The translations under genes were made by a program, and so were the position numbers. DNA of 63,481 bases, filler included, from Octopus bimaculoides (Eukaryota), in the NCBI RefSeq assembly GCF_001194135.2. It is 7 parts of 6 records of this genome, joined end to end, with 100 filler letters (N's around TTAATTAATTAA, not from the genome) between each part and the next. Parts side by side here need not be neighbours in the genome. Positions count along the whole stretch, not along the records: positions 13,735 to 24,203 come from NC_069010.1; positions 24,304 to 54,657 come from NC_068991.1; 5 more parts are not named here. One strand, written 5' to 3'. The first letter of the stretch is position 1. Every line of letters begins with the position of its first letter. Positions 23,694 to 37,018 of the stretch are shown piece by piece. The notes below the pieces were generated by a model. The model ran no database searches, was not told where the DNA came from, and saw nothing but the letters and a program-made list of their open reading frames with translations.

Positions 23694-24790
23694 CTGAACC
23701 CTATTTTTTTTAAAAGGGTGATTCAAAAGTCGCCANNNNNNNNNNTCCAAACGTCTCAAACGCCACAGGCTGGAAGAAATGGTTCACTGACAAATCCCGA
23801 TACTTTAAGATTTTGTTCTGTTCGACTACGGAAGCTGTGACTATGGGATGGAGCAAACGAGTTTACAGACCGTGGTGTACCGGATGAGGTACTTACCTCT
23901 TACCCAGGGACAAAGGGTAAGACCGTCTAGTCCCTTTCCATCGTTTCTGGATAATGTTGCTGGCTCCAGAACAGGGGATATTAACCCAAGCCAGAGCCCG
24001 TTTAATGATCAAGTTTAGATTTTATTTAACAGATACAGGTACAAATTGTTTATTGCTGTTGCTGTTGGCACTCCGTCGCTTACGACATCAAGGGTTCCAG
24101 TTGATGCGATCAATGGAACAGCCTGCTCGTTAAGTTAACGTGCAAGTGGCTGAGCACTCCACAGACATGTGTACCCTTAAAGTAGTTCTCGGGGGATATT
24201 CAANNNNNNNNNNNNNNNNNNNNNNNNNNNNNNNNNNNNNNNNNNNNTTAATTAATTAANNNNNNNNNNNNNNNNNNNNNNNNNNNNNNNNNNNNNNNNN
24301 NNNTATATATAGTAATAATATTAGGGAATAAAAACTTATTCCAACCTTACAGGCAAAAATCGGTGTAATATTACACTGGGTTTCGTAATATATAATATAT
24401 ATGTATATAACTAATTTAGAGACGAACCACCACACTACAACTCAGTCAACCAAGAACCTGTCCAAAACCATGCTGTGAGGCTTATACCATATCAATATTT
24501 ATCTAAGATTTTAATCTATAATTTTAATAATATATAATATATCATAAAGAAACGTTCATCATAAAAATATAAATTTAAAAATCAAAATTATAGATAGGAC
24601 AGTAAAAATTAATACAATAATATAAAGTGTGAAAGTATAAATGTATAAAAGTCACATATATATATGTGTATGTATATATTTATATGCATATATATGTGTG
24701 TATATATATATATATGTATACATATATGTATATATATGTGTGTGTGTGTGTATATATGTGTGTGTGTATGTGTGTGTGTGTCTATACATG

Positions 24791-24828
<38 letters not shown>

Positions 24829-24982
24829 TTGCAAGATTTTTGATGTGAAATTGTGTGTTGAAACAGATGTTGTTGTACTTGGGGATGGTCATATTGCCAG
24901 TTTAGCCAATAAAAACACACGCACTGTATATTTGGTGTTAATTTGCTTCAGCTTTATATTACATTAATCTTAATCTTATTTC

Positions 24983-25023
24983 GGCCAGAGTTCTTTCGTC
25001 ACACTTCTGTGACCTCATCAGTG
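24983..25023 (-). ncRNA. Type I hammerhead ribozyme motif downstream of the PLE RT
   Basis: ca-CTGATGA-g-gtcaca(gaag)tgtgac-GAAA-gaac-TC-tggcc: perfect 6-bp stem II; the two visible stem I bases (ca) pair with tg. Confidence 0.7.
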
Positions 25024-25417
25024 NNNNNNNNNNNNNNNNNNNNNNNNNNNNNNNNNNNNNNNNNNNNNNNNNNNNNNNNNNNNNNNNNNNNNNNNNNNNN
25101 NNNNNNNNNNNNNNNNNNNNNNNNNNNNNNNNNNNNNNNNNNNNNNNNNNNNNNNNNNNNNNNNNNNNNNNNNNNNNNNNNNNNNNNNNNNNNNNNNNNN
25201 NNNNNNNNNNNNNNNNNNNNNNNNNNNNNNNNNNNNNNNNNNNNNNNNNNNNNNNNNNNNNNNNNNNNNNNNNNNNNNNNNNNNNNNNNNNNNNNNNNNN
25301 NNNNNNNNNNNNNNNNNNNNNNNNNNNNNNNNNNNNNNNNNNNNNNNNNNNNNNNNNNNNNNNNNNNNNNNNNNNNNNNNNNNNNNNNNNNNNNNNNNNN
25401 NNNNNNNNNNNNNNNNN

Positions 25418-25760
25418 TGGCTGCCCCCTCGTCCTGGGCGTATAATTTGTTGTTAAATTTAAAGGTGTGGCCTTTTAGGGTGACCTTTATACTAGCTCCT
25501 AGTGCATGTGCGATCATTTTCTTTACCTGGTGGATATTAGTGGGGGTCCGTATGGCTCTGGTCCATCCACTCCATCTCTCTATAGGGGTCTTCCTAGCCA
25601 TAGAGGTAATTGTGGGTGGTCTACCTCTTAGACGTCTACTAGGGCAGAAATCTCTAAGGTCGTATCTATCTAGATATACATCGTCATATGTCAATCTAAG
25701 TAGGAGGCCCAGTTCTTCTGTGTTGACTTTTTGGAACTCTACTTCACTCTCGTTGATCAT
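25418..25760 (-). mobile_element. Penelope-like element reverse transcriptase fragment
   Basis: HTFKFNNKLYAQDEGAA matches the PLE RT motif FxFxxKxYxQxxG; runs into a gap, with a hammerhead on the far side. Confidence 0.75.
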
Positions 25761-25959
25761 CTCGTGGATTTTACTGATAGTTCTTTTTATTGTCTATAGA
25801 TCTCATCATAGAGATTCTTCATATACCTATACTTATACATATTTTTTAAACTTTATATTATTATAATTTTGGGAGAGGCTTCCCCTCAGTCACCTGAACT
25901 TCATTTCCTATTCACATATATGCTTTTTCATTAGTAATGCTTTTCTATGTATAAACATA

Positions 25960-26995
25960 AAAATAAATGTTTTCCCAAATATATTGCACTTCATGTTTGA
26001 AGCTCCACTGAAGCTATAGTTTCAGAAAATTCATATGAGTTGGCTTTGTTTCCTCATAACTTTCTGAAAATTTCGACAAATACTTTTCAGAGTGTGTAGA
26101 TTACAATTATATAAGAATTTTAATATGAAAATTAAAATTGATAGGACAGCTCACATACATACAGACACGCATTATGTTTTTTCTTTCGTTTTTTTTTTTT
26201 TTTGCAAAAATTTTATTTCAAAACAAATTGTGTTATAAGCAGAATCAACACCATCAGAAGCATATTTGTAGAAAATATCATTAAAAAATATCCATTTTTC
26301 TGAAAGCTATGAGGAATATCATGTTTATGTTTATGTGTAGTGAAAAATTGAGCTCATCTCATTCACAGTATTGCCACCTTTTTGGTGCAAACTGAACGAA
26401 ACAAGTATATTCTTTGTTTATATATAATTAAATATTGTTTCATACAAAATGAAAGTGAAGCAAAGCAAGCTGATAGATATATGATAGCAATGTAGCCCTA
26501 GTATTAATCATGTTAAAGCAATGGGCATAAATGTCCCCAACTGACTTTGTTTCTTCATAACTTCCAGATAAATGGATATTTTTTTAATGAAATTTTCTAC
26601 AAATCTGCTTCAGATGGTGTAGGTTCCGATTATATCTGAATTTGTTGTGAAAAAAATCTATTTGAGGGAGTGGGAGGAGGAGTTTCAGAAAATTCACATG
26701 AGTCAGCTTTGTTTCTTTGTAACTTTTTGAAAAATAGGTATTCTTCAATGAAAATTTCAACAAATACCTTTCAGAGTGTGTAGATTGCGATTATAGCAGA
26801 ATGTTATATGAAAATAAAAATTGGTGAAATAGCACACATACATACTGACACACATTACATTTTTTTTAATAAATTATTTCAAACCAAATTCTAATATAAT
26901 TAGAATTTACCCCATCTGAAGCATATTTGTAGAAAATTTCATTAAAAATTTTTTCCCTTTTTTCTGAAGGTTATGAGGAAACAAAGTCAGTGGAG
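25960..26995. repeat. Cluster of a MITE-like repeat: two direct copies and one inverted partial copy
   Basis: gaaaattca.atgagt..gctttgttt...cagagtgtgtagatt at about 26020-26330 and 26690-26990; inverted ttctacaaat.tgcttcagatggtgt at about 26540-26650. Confidence 0.6.
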
Positions 26996-27293
26996 CACAT
27001 ATGCCTACATATGGTGCATCTAATTCCAACTGGTCACTGTATATCATTGCACATGCATTTCTGGAAATCCATAGTAAACATGTATTATTTTAAATATATG
27101 TGTGTGTTTGTATATATAGTTATAATAAGAACCACAAGTCTTGTTCAATACACCTACCCAGAGTTTCCTGGTCAAAAAATTTATTTATTTCGCCATTTTC
27201 CAAGCTGATGATGTTTCAATATTTTGAAATATATTTTTCCATGTGTTTTGACATGTTTTCATTTCTTTTTTCTCCTTCAGACTTGCCATAGCT

Positions 27294-27498
27294 ATGCTGC
27301 TCTATGTTCTTATAGTACTAATCTCAACTCAAATAATCCATGCTGTCACGAGTGAAAGCACAGTTGAAACTTTCAACTCTTTCTATGACTTTTGGTTATT
27401 CCGGCTGTTTTTGAACCTGCTTGGTTATGCTACTTTGTTTTTGCCAGCAGCACTTCTTATCCGTTACTTTAAGAGAAGTGGTTACAAGAATAAACCAG
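27294..27498 (+). CDS. SLC35B2: SLC35B2 (PAPST1/slalom-like PAPS transporter) coding exon, N-terminal part
   Basis: Acceptor ttttttctccttcag ends at 27280, ATG at 27294; hydrophobic N-terminus then FWLFRLFLNLLGYATLFLPAALLIRYFKR, matching [29 protein letters not shown] of SLC35B2; phase-1 donor CCA G|gtaaac. The frame is open back to 27281, so a few upstream codons may exist. Confidence 0.92.
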
Positions 27499-29319
27499 GT
27501 AAACCCTTTAGTTTTTACTTATGCATTTATTTAATTGTTTTTGTCATGGTTGCTTTGTGTGTAATTTTCCCACTGGAAATGCTTTGAGAAACTTCAGCTT
27601 CTGTAATTTAGCACTTGTAAGCATATTTAAACATGTACCTTAAAAATCTTTTTCAGTGAGACTAAAATACTTTTAAATGTCATTAACATGTACTAAGTTT
27701 AATCTACAAGGTTGTTACAGAGGTAGAGATACAGAAACAGGAGGAAGAAAGTGGTTTTGGGGTTTTGTTGTTTGGGTAAAAGCATTGAATGCAGTAAGGT
27801 ATGAAGTGGTGACCTAGGCATTGAAAAAATTAGGAATTATGTTGAAGCTTGTCAAATTCAGCCTCTCACACCTACCCTACAATGTTAATCTAAAAATAAA
27901 CAATCATACATCAAGATAATACATGATTAATTTTTTAAAAAAGTGAATAAATAAACATCAATTTTGACAAAGTAATCTGAATGCTAAAGGAATAAAGAGA
28001 AGATAAATAAGTGAAAGGAACTGTTTGGAAGCAAAGGGTATAAAGGTGCCACATGTTAGTTTTTTAGATCACAAACAAATGAAATTGCCTCATTAATTTT
28101 ATAGATCACAGAGTCAGTCATAAATGAAGTAAATCAGAAGTAACTAAAGCTTCTCAACAACAATAACTTATTAAGATAATCTTCACAGATTTTCTATTGA
28201 AATTATAGCCAACACTGATTTGTTACAATGTTTTGTATCTGAATATGTCTAATGTAAACAACAATGCAATCAAAGATGGAAAAAATGGGCAATAGGTATA
28301 TATACCATATTTCAGGAGTTTTTGCTCCTTTGTCAGCACCACATTAACCATCCACAAACCCATTAACCATTCACAAACTCATTGCTTAAGTAGCCACTAA
28401 ATATAGTAGTACAACACTTTGGATATTCCAGTTTTACATATTAAACACATTCCTGGCAGCTGGTACATACATATTAATGACTTGAAAGCACAAACGTATT
28501 TCATTATGCAACTGTAGGATACTATAAAGTATATTTACTGTTTTATAAGTCAGTATTGTGTTCTACAGTGTTAGCAGTGTTATTAAATCACTTGTTAAAG
28601 TTATCTCTACAGATTTTCTATAAAACAATAATGATTAAAAAGTAGGACACTGCTACAGTTTTGGAGTAATGCCCATGGCTTTGTAACTGATATTGTAAAA
28701 TTCTAAGTCTATATTCTGCTAAAATTTGCCTGCATTTACTTTCACTGATGCTAAAACTAGCTAACAATGCAAAGAATATCAAAATGCAGGATTACAAACC
28801 CTGTAGTCAGGGTTTAAAACTTTACTATCTGGGATGATATAATAACCAGTGTGGTCCTCCTATGGACATGTTTTACATCTTCACCAATATAAAAAAAACA
28901 TGGTCTTATGCAAAAGACCTGGTTTTGCTTGTTACATATTTAATAGAGTTGGTTGGACATTCAACCATACAAGCACAGAAAAATGGATATAAAGTGTGAG
29001 ATGGGGAAAAAAAAACAACTCCAGATGATGTTGAAAACAATCCAGAAGCTCCTGTTTGTTGTTGCTAAAAGATAAAAGTTACTGTTGCCTTTCTTCACAC
29101 CAATAATTGAATAGTTAAATTTAGCAGCTATACAAATTTGGTCAAATCTAATAATTAATTGGACTGATCTGGTTTTACTGCTGTAAGTTATAGACTGTCA
29201 AGTTAATTTCTTTGCTGCATTTTGTCAGTGTTTTGTTTTCTTTATTCTTATCTGACTATCTGGCCCAAAAAACATAAGCAATATGGAGCTATGGCAAAGA
29301 ACAAATCAAGTTTCGATTA

Positions 29320-29590
29320 GGGAGCAAATATTTAAGAAAAAGTGGAAGTGGATTGGTAGCACAATTAGAAAGGACACACCAAATGTAGCGAAAAGTGCTT
29401 TATAGTGGAATCCTGATGGATATAGAAAGAGGGGTAGGCCTAGGAACTCGTGGCGTAGATCAACACAAAAGGAACTAGAGAAAGGGGGACATTCATGGCA
29501 GAGTATAAATACAGAAGCGAAAAATTATGCGACATGGAATTCAATTATAAGTGGCCTATACTCCGCGTTGGAGGGTTAAAGGCAAGAAAG
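29320..29590 (+). mobile_element. RTE-clade LINE 3' end (second family)
   Basis: RKKWKWIGSTIRKD...WNPDGYRKRGRPRNSWRR, the RTE C-terminal WxWxGH...GxRxRGRPxxxW motif, with stops. Confidence 0.7.
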
Positions 29591-30741
29591 AAAGACTATC
29601 TGGAGTATATTGTTCATATTTTACCCAAAGTATGACACCAACATTAACTCACAACTCCTTCAGCAGAATTCTCCTCATTTTCATCATCTTTATGTCCACT
29701 TTTCCATGCTTGTATGAGTCAGACAGAACTCATTATGGCAGGTTTTTCTGTAGCCAGATACCCTTTCTGTTGGCAACCCTCACCTATTTCCAAGCAAGGT
29801 AACATTTCTCCAAGGCCAGACACATTTTTCATGGAAGACCTCAAATGAACAGCATCACTTGTGTGATAGTAACACTTGTTTAAAACCATTACATGGTGTC
29901 AAGACACAAGGGGGGGCACACACACAAATGCAACAGGCTTCTTACAGTTTCTGTCTACCAATTCCACTCACAAGTCTTTATTCAGCCTGACACTATAGCA
30001 GAAGACACTTACCCAAGGTGCTGTGCAGTCAGACTGGACCTGAAGCCACATGGTCGGAAAGCAAGCTTCTTAATCACACAGCCATGCCTGTGTCTATGTT
30101 TGAATTGAATATGTTCATGTATTTGTTCAGCCATTACAATTTATTCCTCTCTAAAATATTAGCTGTAGCCATATGTTCTTATTTTTATGAATGAAATATT
30201 CTAAATGATTCTCAACTGGTAACATTATTGTATGTATCATACAACAAATACCCCCCCCCCCCCNNNNNNNNNNNNNNNNNNNNNNNNNNNNNNNNNNNNN
30301 NNNNNNNNNNNNNNNNNNNNNNNNNNNNNNNNNNNNNNNNNNNNNNNNNNNNNNNNNNNNNNNNNNNNNNNNNNNNNNNNNNNNNNNNNNNNNNNNNNNN
30401 NNNNNNNNNNNNNNNNNNNNNNNNNNNNNNNNNNNNNNNNNNNNNNNNNNNNNNNNNNNNNNNNNNNNNNNNNNNNNNNNNNNNNNNNNNNNNNNNNNNN
30501 NNNNNNNNNNNNNNNNNNNNNNNNNNNNNNNNNNNNNNNNNNNNNNNNNNNNNNNNNNNNNNNNNNNNNNNNNNNNNNNNNNNNNNNNNNNNNNNNNNNN
30601 NNNNNNNNNNNNNNNNNNNNNNNNNNNNNNNNNNNNNNNNNNNNNNNNNNNNNNNNNNNNNNNNNNNNNNNNNNNNNNNNNNNNNNNNNNNNNNNNNNNN
30701 NNNNNNNNNNNNNNNNNNNNNNNNNNNNNNNNNNNNNNNNN

Positions 30742-30785
<44 letters not shown>

Positions 30786-31507
30786 GTGTGTATGTGTATA
30801 TATGTTTGTTCCCCCTCCCCTCTACTGCTTGACAACTGATGTTGGAGTGTTCACATCCCCATAACTTGGCAGTTCAGAAAGTGAGACCAATAGAATAAGT
30901 ACCAAACTTTAAAAAAAAAAAGTACTGGGGTTGATTCATTCAACTGAAAATTCTTCAAGGTGGTGCCCCAGAATGGCCAGTCTAATGACTGAAACAAATA
31001 AAAGATTAAAAAAAAAAGGATACGCACACGCAAATTTTTAATTCCCCACTTTCTCAAATTCACAAAGTGATTGCTATGTTTCAGCTAAACAAACATTATC
31101 TGTGTTACTTTATTAAGATTCTCTCTTGTATTGTCATCATTATCATCATCACAATTTTAATGTCTATTTTCTCCATGCCTCCCTGACTAAGGTAGGATTT
31201 GTTGTGGCTGAGTTTTCTACAGCTAAACCTTCTACCTCATCAACCCTCATCTGTTTTTAAACAAGGTAATACTTCCTGAAGTCTGAACATGTTTTCATGG
31301 GAGATTGCAAGCAAGTTACTGCTTCTGTGAAGGTTGTTTACAATTAGCATGCTGCATCATGATAAGGACAGACACACATACACATTTATATATATATACA
31401 GGATTTTATTTTATTTTTACCACTGACCAAATTCCCTCACAAAGCTTTGATCAGCCTAGGGCTATGGTAAAAGGTGCCACACAGTGGGACTTGCTGCACT
31501 ATATATA

Positions 31508-32736
31508 GAGGGTGCGATGGGTAAATTGTCACCATTTTATATTTTTAATTTCTTGCATGTGCATTGTTTTTGATTTTGTTGACCACACAGTATTGTAGGG
31601 TCAGTTGGGCATTGTCTGTGAAAAAACTACCATGATGCAATTCACTCTGCCAGAAATTTGGAAATGACATGCTGTACTACTTGGTATTCGTGCTGGAAGC
31701 TCCAATAGAAACATTCAGAGTATTTGGGTGTCAATCTAAGGACAGTGCAGAGGATTTGGAAATAGTTGGATGAGTCTAATGGTGATTATGAAGGTACAAC
31801 AGCTTGAAAAACTCACTTTGATCATCCTGATAAGAAAAGAACTCCTGAATTTGTTGGTGAGATCCAGGCCATGATTGACAATGATCCCTCCAAGTCAATC
31901 AGGTCCGTCACCAGGGACATGGAATTGACTGAGTTTCTTATTGGGCATGAAGACATTCAGTATTCCTCATACAAAGTGAGTAAAGGTCAATTTTTATCCC
32001 AAGCCATCAAGGACAAGAGGAAAGACCACACTACGAAGCTTTTGAACAAACTCAAGCATCCCCTCCAACCAAACATGATTTGGTTTTTATCAGATGAGAA
32101 AAATTTCTGCCAGGATCAAATGGTGAACACACAGAACAACCATTGGCTTGTTGTGCCTTCAAGACATGTAACGAAAGTGATAAAAATCAAACATCCAGTC
32201 AACATCATAGTGTTTGGAGTGATCACTAGTGATGGCAATGTTATACCTACATCAAGTGCCTGGAAGAGGTAGTGCTGCCCTGGATCAAGAGAGTGGCTGC
32301 TGGAAAATCCTATGTCTGACAACAGGACTCTGCACCATGCCACACAAGGAAGAGAACCCAGTCGTGGCTATCAGACAATTTCTGCTACCACGTTACCCTT
32401 AACATCTGGCCACCTAACTCCCCAGACTGCAATCCCCTTGATTATTATGTGTGGTGCACAGTTGTGTGAGAGACCAACAAAACACCTTGTAACACCAAAG
32501 ATGAACTGAGGGCAAGGATTATGGCAACATTCACCAACTTTAACAAGGAGACTGTCCAGAAGTGTTGCAGGAGATTCGAAAGTCGTCTGGAAGTCATGGT
32601 TGAAGCCAATCGTGATTTTATTGAATAAATTTACTCTTTAGTAATTCAACATATCTTTATGTAATTTTGGTAATGAGATGTCAGTGTTATTTTCATTTTT
32701 GCCTAATTTAGACGACAATTTATTCATTGCATCCTG
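31508..32736 (+). mobile_element. Full-length decayed Tc1/mariner element (third catalytic residue D) in the SLC35B2 intron
   Basis: Imperfect 23-bp TIRs (gagggtgcgatgggtaaattgtc / gacaatttattcattgcatcctg) with TA flanks; WFLSDEKNF, VFGVITSDG, WPPNSPDCNPLDYY; stops and frameshifts. Confidence 0.88.
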
Positions 32737-32753
32737 TATGTATGTGTGTGTGT

Positions 32754-32793
<40 letters not shown>

Positions 32794-33626
32794 ACCAGGT
32801 AATGAAAGCTACAGAAAAGGTCACAGCTCTACTAATTAGGATGAGTTAGCCAAATGGAGCCATCCTTCAGGAATATGTGACTTATTTGCCCAAACAAAAT
32901 ACTCAGTACCAATGTAGGTGAATGTATTTATATTTAAGTTGAGAAATGGGGCATTAAAGGCATACTTCTCTGAGAGTTGTCATTACCTAACAGCAACTTT
33001 TAATAAGGAAATTTGAGTAATAAATCTATAACAATTAAATATGTCAGCCTTTATTTACATACAGTTAACTATGCAAGCATTGGTTGTGTATTTCCAGAAA
33101 GTCATGTGTGCAAGAATAAGATCAATCTTTGTAAAGTTGAGCATCTAACTGATGATTTAAATTGTACTCACAGTGCACTTAACTCTATATGCTTCATTTC
33201 ACCAGATATTAGAAATTGGTACCAGACTGTTAGGTAATATTACCTAAGTAGAACAGTTCTGACCAATAAGTGATTTCCTTTTTGTTTGGTGCCATGAAAC
33301 TAAAACTAACCATTAAGAATCTTTCCTGCCTTTCTGAGATAAGGAATTTCTCTGCACTAATATAGTTGTATTTCATCTCCTCATCTTATCAGTTAAAATA
33401 TATTGGTGTATATTAGGAATTCCTTTGGAATAATACAATCATTTATGTTTCCTTCATTTGAAATTATGTATCATTGCTATTAACTGCTTGTATAAAAACA
33501 CAATATACTACCTGGAAGAAGGTAAGATTTCATGGTATGTAGGTCAATAATTGAGAAAACTAAAAAAAAGAAAAGCCTTTACATTAATTTATTAGGTCTA
33601 ATTTGCTCTTTTTCTTTCCTTTACAG

Positions 33627-34723
33627 TGACTGGGATTTTTTCACGTGCAATAAAATTGTGTGTTTTTGGCAATGAAATTGAACCTGATGTTGAAGAAGCT
33701 AGCTCAACCACAAAGCAAAATGTTCCAGAAGAGAAGCACACTAATTATTGGAAGACAGTTATCCTTCTATTTTGTTTTGCTGGCCTACAAGGTTCTTATC
33801 TGACATGGGGTATTTTACAAGAACGGATCATGACCTTTGAATATGGAAAGACAGGAACAGCACCTGGCGAATTCTTCAAAAATTCCACTTTCCTTGTTTT
33901 CTTGAACCGCATTTCAGCTTTCATTATTGCCCTATTAGTCATCACATTACAGACCCAAGCAAGACATACAGCACCTCTTTACAAGTGCTCATACAGTTCT
34001 TTTTCCAACATTATGAGCAGCTGGTGTCAATATGAAGCACTGAAATTTGTCAGCTTCCCAACACAAGTTCTTGCAAAAGCTTCTAAGATTATACCAGTGA
34101 TGCTGATGGGGAAGTTAATCTCAAAAAAATCATATGAATTTTATGAATATCTGTCAGCTGCAATGATATCGATTGGAGTAAGTATTTTCTTGCTGACTAG
34201 TCAAGATGTCACAAAACACAAGGATTCTGTAACAAATTTTTCTGGAGTATTGTTACTTGTTGGCTATATGGGGTTTGACAGCTTTACTGCAAATTGGCAA
34301 GGTGCTTTGTTCACTCAGTATAAAATGTCCTCATCCCAGATGATGGCTAGCGTCAATTTATTCTCTTGTCTCTTGACTGTTGTAGCTCTTATTGAACAAG
34401 GAGGCTTTGTTGAGTCAGTAGCCTTCATGACTAACTATCCGACTTTTATATTTCATGCAGTTATTTTAAGTTTATGCTCTGCATTCGGTCAACTCTTTAT
34501 ATTTTATACAATTTCAAAATTCGGACCTGTGACTTTTACAATCATAATGACTCTGCGACAAGCCTTTGCCATCTTCCTCTCTTGTATTATTTATGGACAT
34601 CCCATCACACTACTTGGAATAACCGGTGTGGCTGTTGTATTCTTTGCACTGTTTCTAAGAATTTATTGCAATCAACGGAAAAAAGCACTTGCTTCTCGGC
34701 ATCATTCTAATAATGAAAGATAG
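33627..34723 (+). CDS. SLC35B2: SLC35B2 terminal coding exon (multi-pass nucleotide-sugar transporter domain)
   Basis: ttctttcctttacag|TG completes GTG in phase with the 27498 donor; contains [48 protein letters not shown] and GQLFIFYTI...IMTLRQ, characteristic of SLC35B2. Joined protein is 433 aa. Confidence 0.97.
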
Positions 34724-35162
34724 AGAAAGGTAAAAGAGAGCAAATAAGAGACTGAACAAGATGCAAAGACAGATCAGATTATTTTTTCATTTGTAAAATT
34801 TGTGTTTTTTATTATTATTATTATTATGTTTTGAAAATAGTGATAGATTTGTCATTGATTATTGGTTAATGTTGGAGTGTCAAGATTACACAATGGTCCA
34901 AACATGCTGCATTGGCTCTAAACTCAGTCTTGGCTGTGTCATTTATTTTAAGCATTTATTGTAGGCTGTTTTCATTTAGTTGGTCATATTCACTTGGTGA
35001 CATAAGGGCTGAGGTTCATCTTGTTACTGGGGGGAGGTATATCATTTGGATTCATTTATTGTCCCCATTTTGGGTATCTCTTGTTGCAAGTCATCGCATT
35101 TGCTTGTTCCCCCTTCTCCCACTTATATATATATATATATATATATATATAANNNNNNNNNN

Positions 35163-35193
<31 letters not shown>

Positions 35194-35632
35194 ATATTAG
35201 AATGTTATTGTAAAAGTACAAGAACATTGTTTTTATTTGGCAGATTCTGTTTGTCAATCTTCCATGACAATGTGGTATGGCATTTTAGCAACTGAAGTTC
35301 TGTGAAATTATTAGAATCATTGCAGAACTTGGTTCATTGAGCATGGTTGGTCGCTGCTAATGTGAGCTGTGACTGTCATTTATCACTGACACGTATGCCT
35401 TGTACCCTTGCATATTGTCCAGTGTACCAATTATTGCTATTACTGCTATATCACCATTGTTGTTTTTAGTTTTTGCTTTACTTTTTTTTTCTTTACAAAT
35501 CCAAATATCCTTTTTGGGTATGAGCCTTTTATTTCCCAAATTGGAAAAAAATTTATATCATTGTATTATTGGTTTAGAAACTATTACATATATAGACACA
35601 CATGTGTATGTATATATGTGTGTTTGTATAAA

Positions 35633-35677
<45 letters not shown>

Positions 35678-35692
35678 GTGTGTGTGTGTATG

Positions 35693-35763
<71 letters not shown>

Positions 35764-36840
35764 GTATATATATATAATATATATGAATACAAGGACAGGG
35801 AAAATTTATCTATTTTTTTTCCTCTTTATTTTTATATTGAACTGCTATTTGCAAACGGATGTGTTATATGTGCAAGCAAATTATGTTATTTTTAAACTTA
35901 TACATCATTGAGGGAACATTATATACTAAAGCAAAAAAAATTCCTCTTGAAATATTTTACCTTTTTTTTTTGTCTTCCATACTTATTAATTTTGGATTTA
36001 TTCTATAGAGATGGAAATTTTATTCTTTTAAACGACACCTTCATTTATTTTTGTTTGTATAAATCTACATACAGCCATAATTGTGCTGAACACGCTTCAT
36101 GTATTTATATGAATAAGCACATACATGCAAAACATACATACATCCATAGTCAGATATACAACTGAATTAATATTCATACACATCCACTCATTTTAACTAA
36201 ATGCAATCATCCACTTCAAAAACTACATATTTACTTGCACATACCCATATTTATTTTATAATGTTATTGTAATAAACAAACAAGGAACAAAAGTATTATG
36301 GGATAAATAAACAGACAAAATAATAAACAAAAAAGTGAAGAATGAAATTGCTAAAAGAGATATGATCTGCTTTTTTTTTAATTTTTTAATACATTTGATT
36401 TTAGACATTCTGGAAATCTCATTTTGAAATTCAATGGTATATTTTTTATTTCACTTTTTGTCACGATTTTTTTTTTTATATAATATATGTGAACATGTAA
36501 ATTTAAATCCAAATACTGGTTTTGTTGTTAATTTACATTCTCACAGCCCTCACCTTATTTCCTCCCACCCTCAGCATCTTGTGTATGTATATTTATTTTG
36601 GTATTGAGTTGCTATTCATTATTTTTTAATTCATGTCCCATGCTAGACAGATTTGACAGGATCCAAAATGGGTCAAAGACTGCATTGTGCTTCAATACCT
36701 GGTTTCAAATGTCCTTCCTAATGCCAACCACTTTATAGACTGTACGGAATGCATTTTTGTAGCATTGGCTAAAAAATGGTGAGTAGGGTGAAAGTCAAAT
36801 TTTATCTCAGTAGGATTTACATTATTTTGTTAAGGTTATT

Positions 36841-36986
36841 TCTGCAGATATTCTATAGAAATTACAGCTAGCACTGATTTTTGCTACAACATTTCATATC
36901 TCATTGTTTGTTTACATCTGACATCTTGATATAAAACATTGTAGCAAAAATCAGTACTGGCTATAAGTTCTATAGAATATCTGTAG

Positions 36987-36987
<1 letters not shown>
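36841..36987. mobile_element. Palindromic MITE-like repeat
   Basis: About 50-bp inverted arms tctgcagatattctatagaaatt...gctacaa / ttgtagcaaaaatcagt...tatagaatatctgtaga; half copies at about 28185-28265 and 38055-38160. Confidence 0.65.

Positions 36988-36991
<4 letters not shown>

Positions 36992-37018
<27 letters not shown>

Noticed and set aside
23746-24203. Exact repeat of 21847-21869 and 22191-22433
   Set aside because: Identical sequence flanking gaps; most likely overlapping contigs or haplotype duplication. It probably fills the gap at 21870-22190.
33098-33233. Cassette-exon or C/D snoRNA candidate in the SLC35B2 intron
   Set aside because: 136 nt would frameshift SLC35B2; CTGATGA lacks a properly placed D box and terminal stem.
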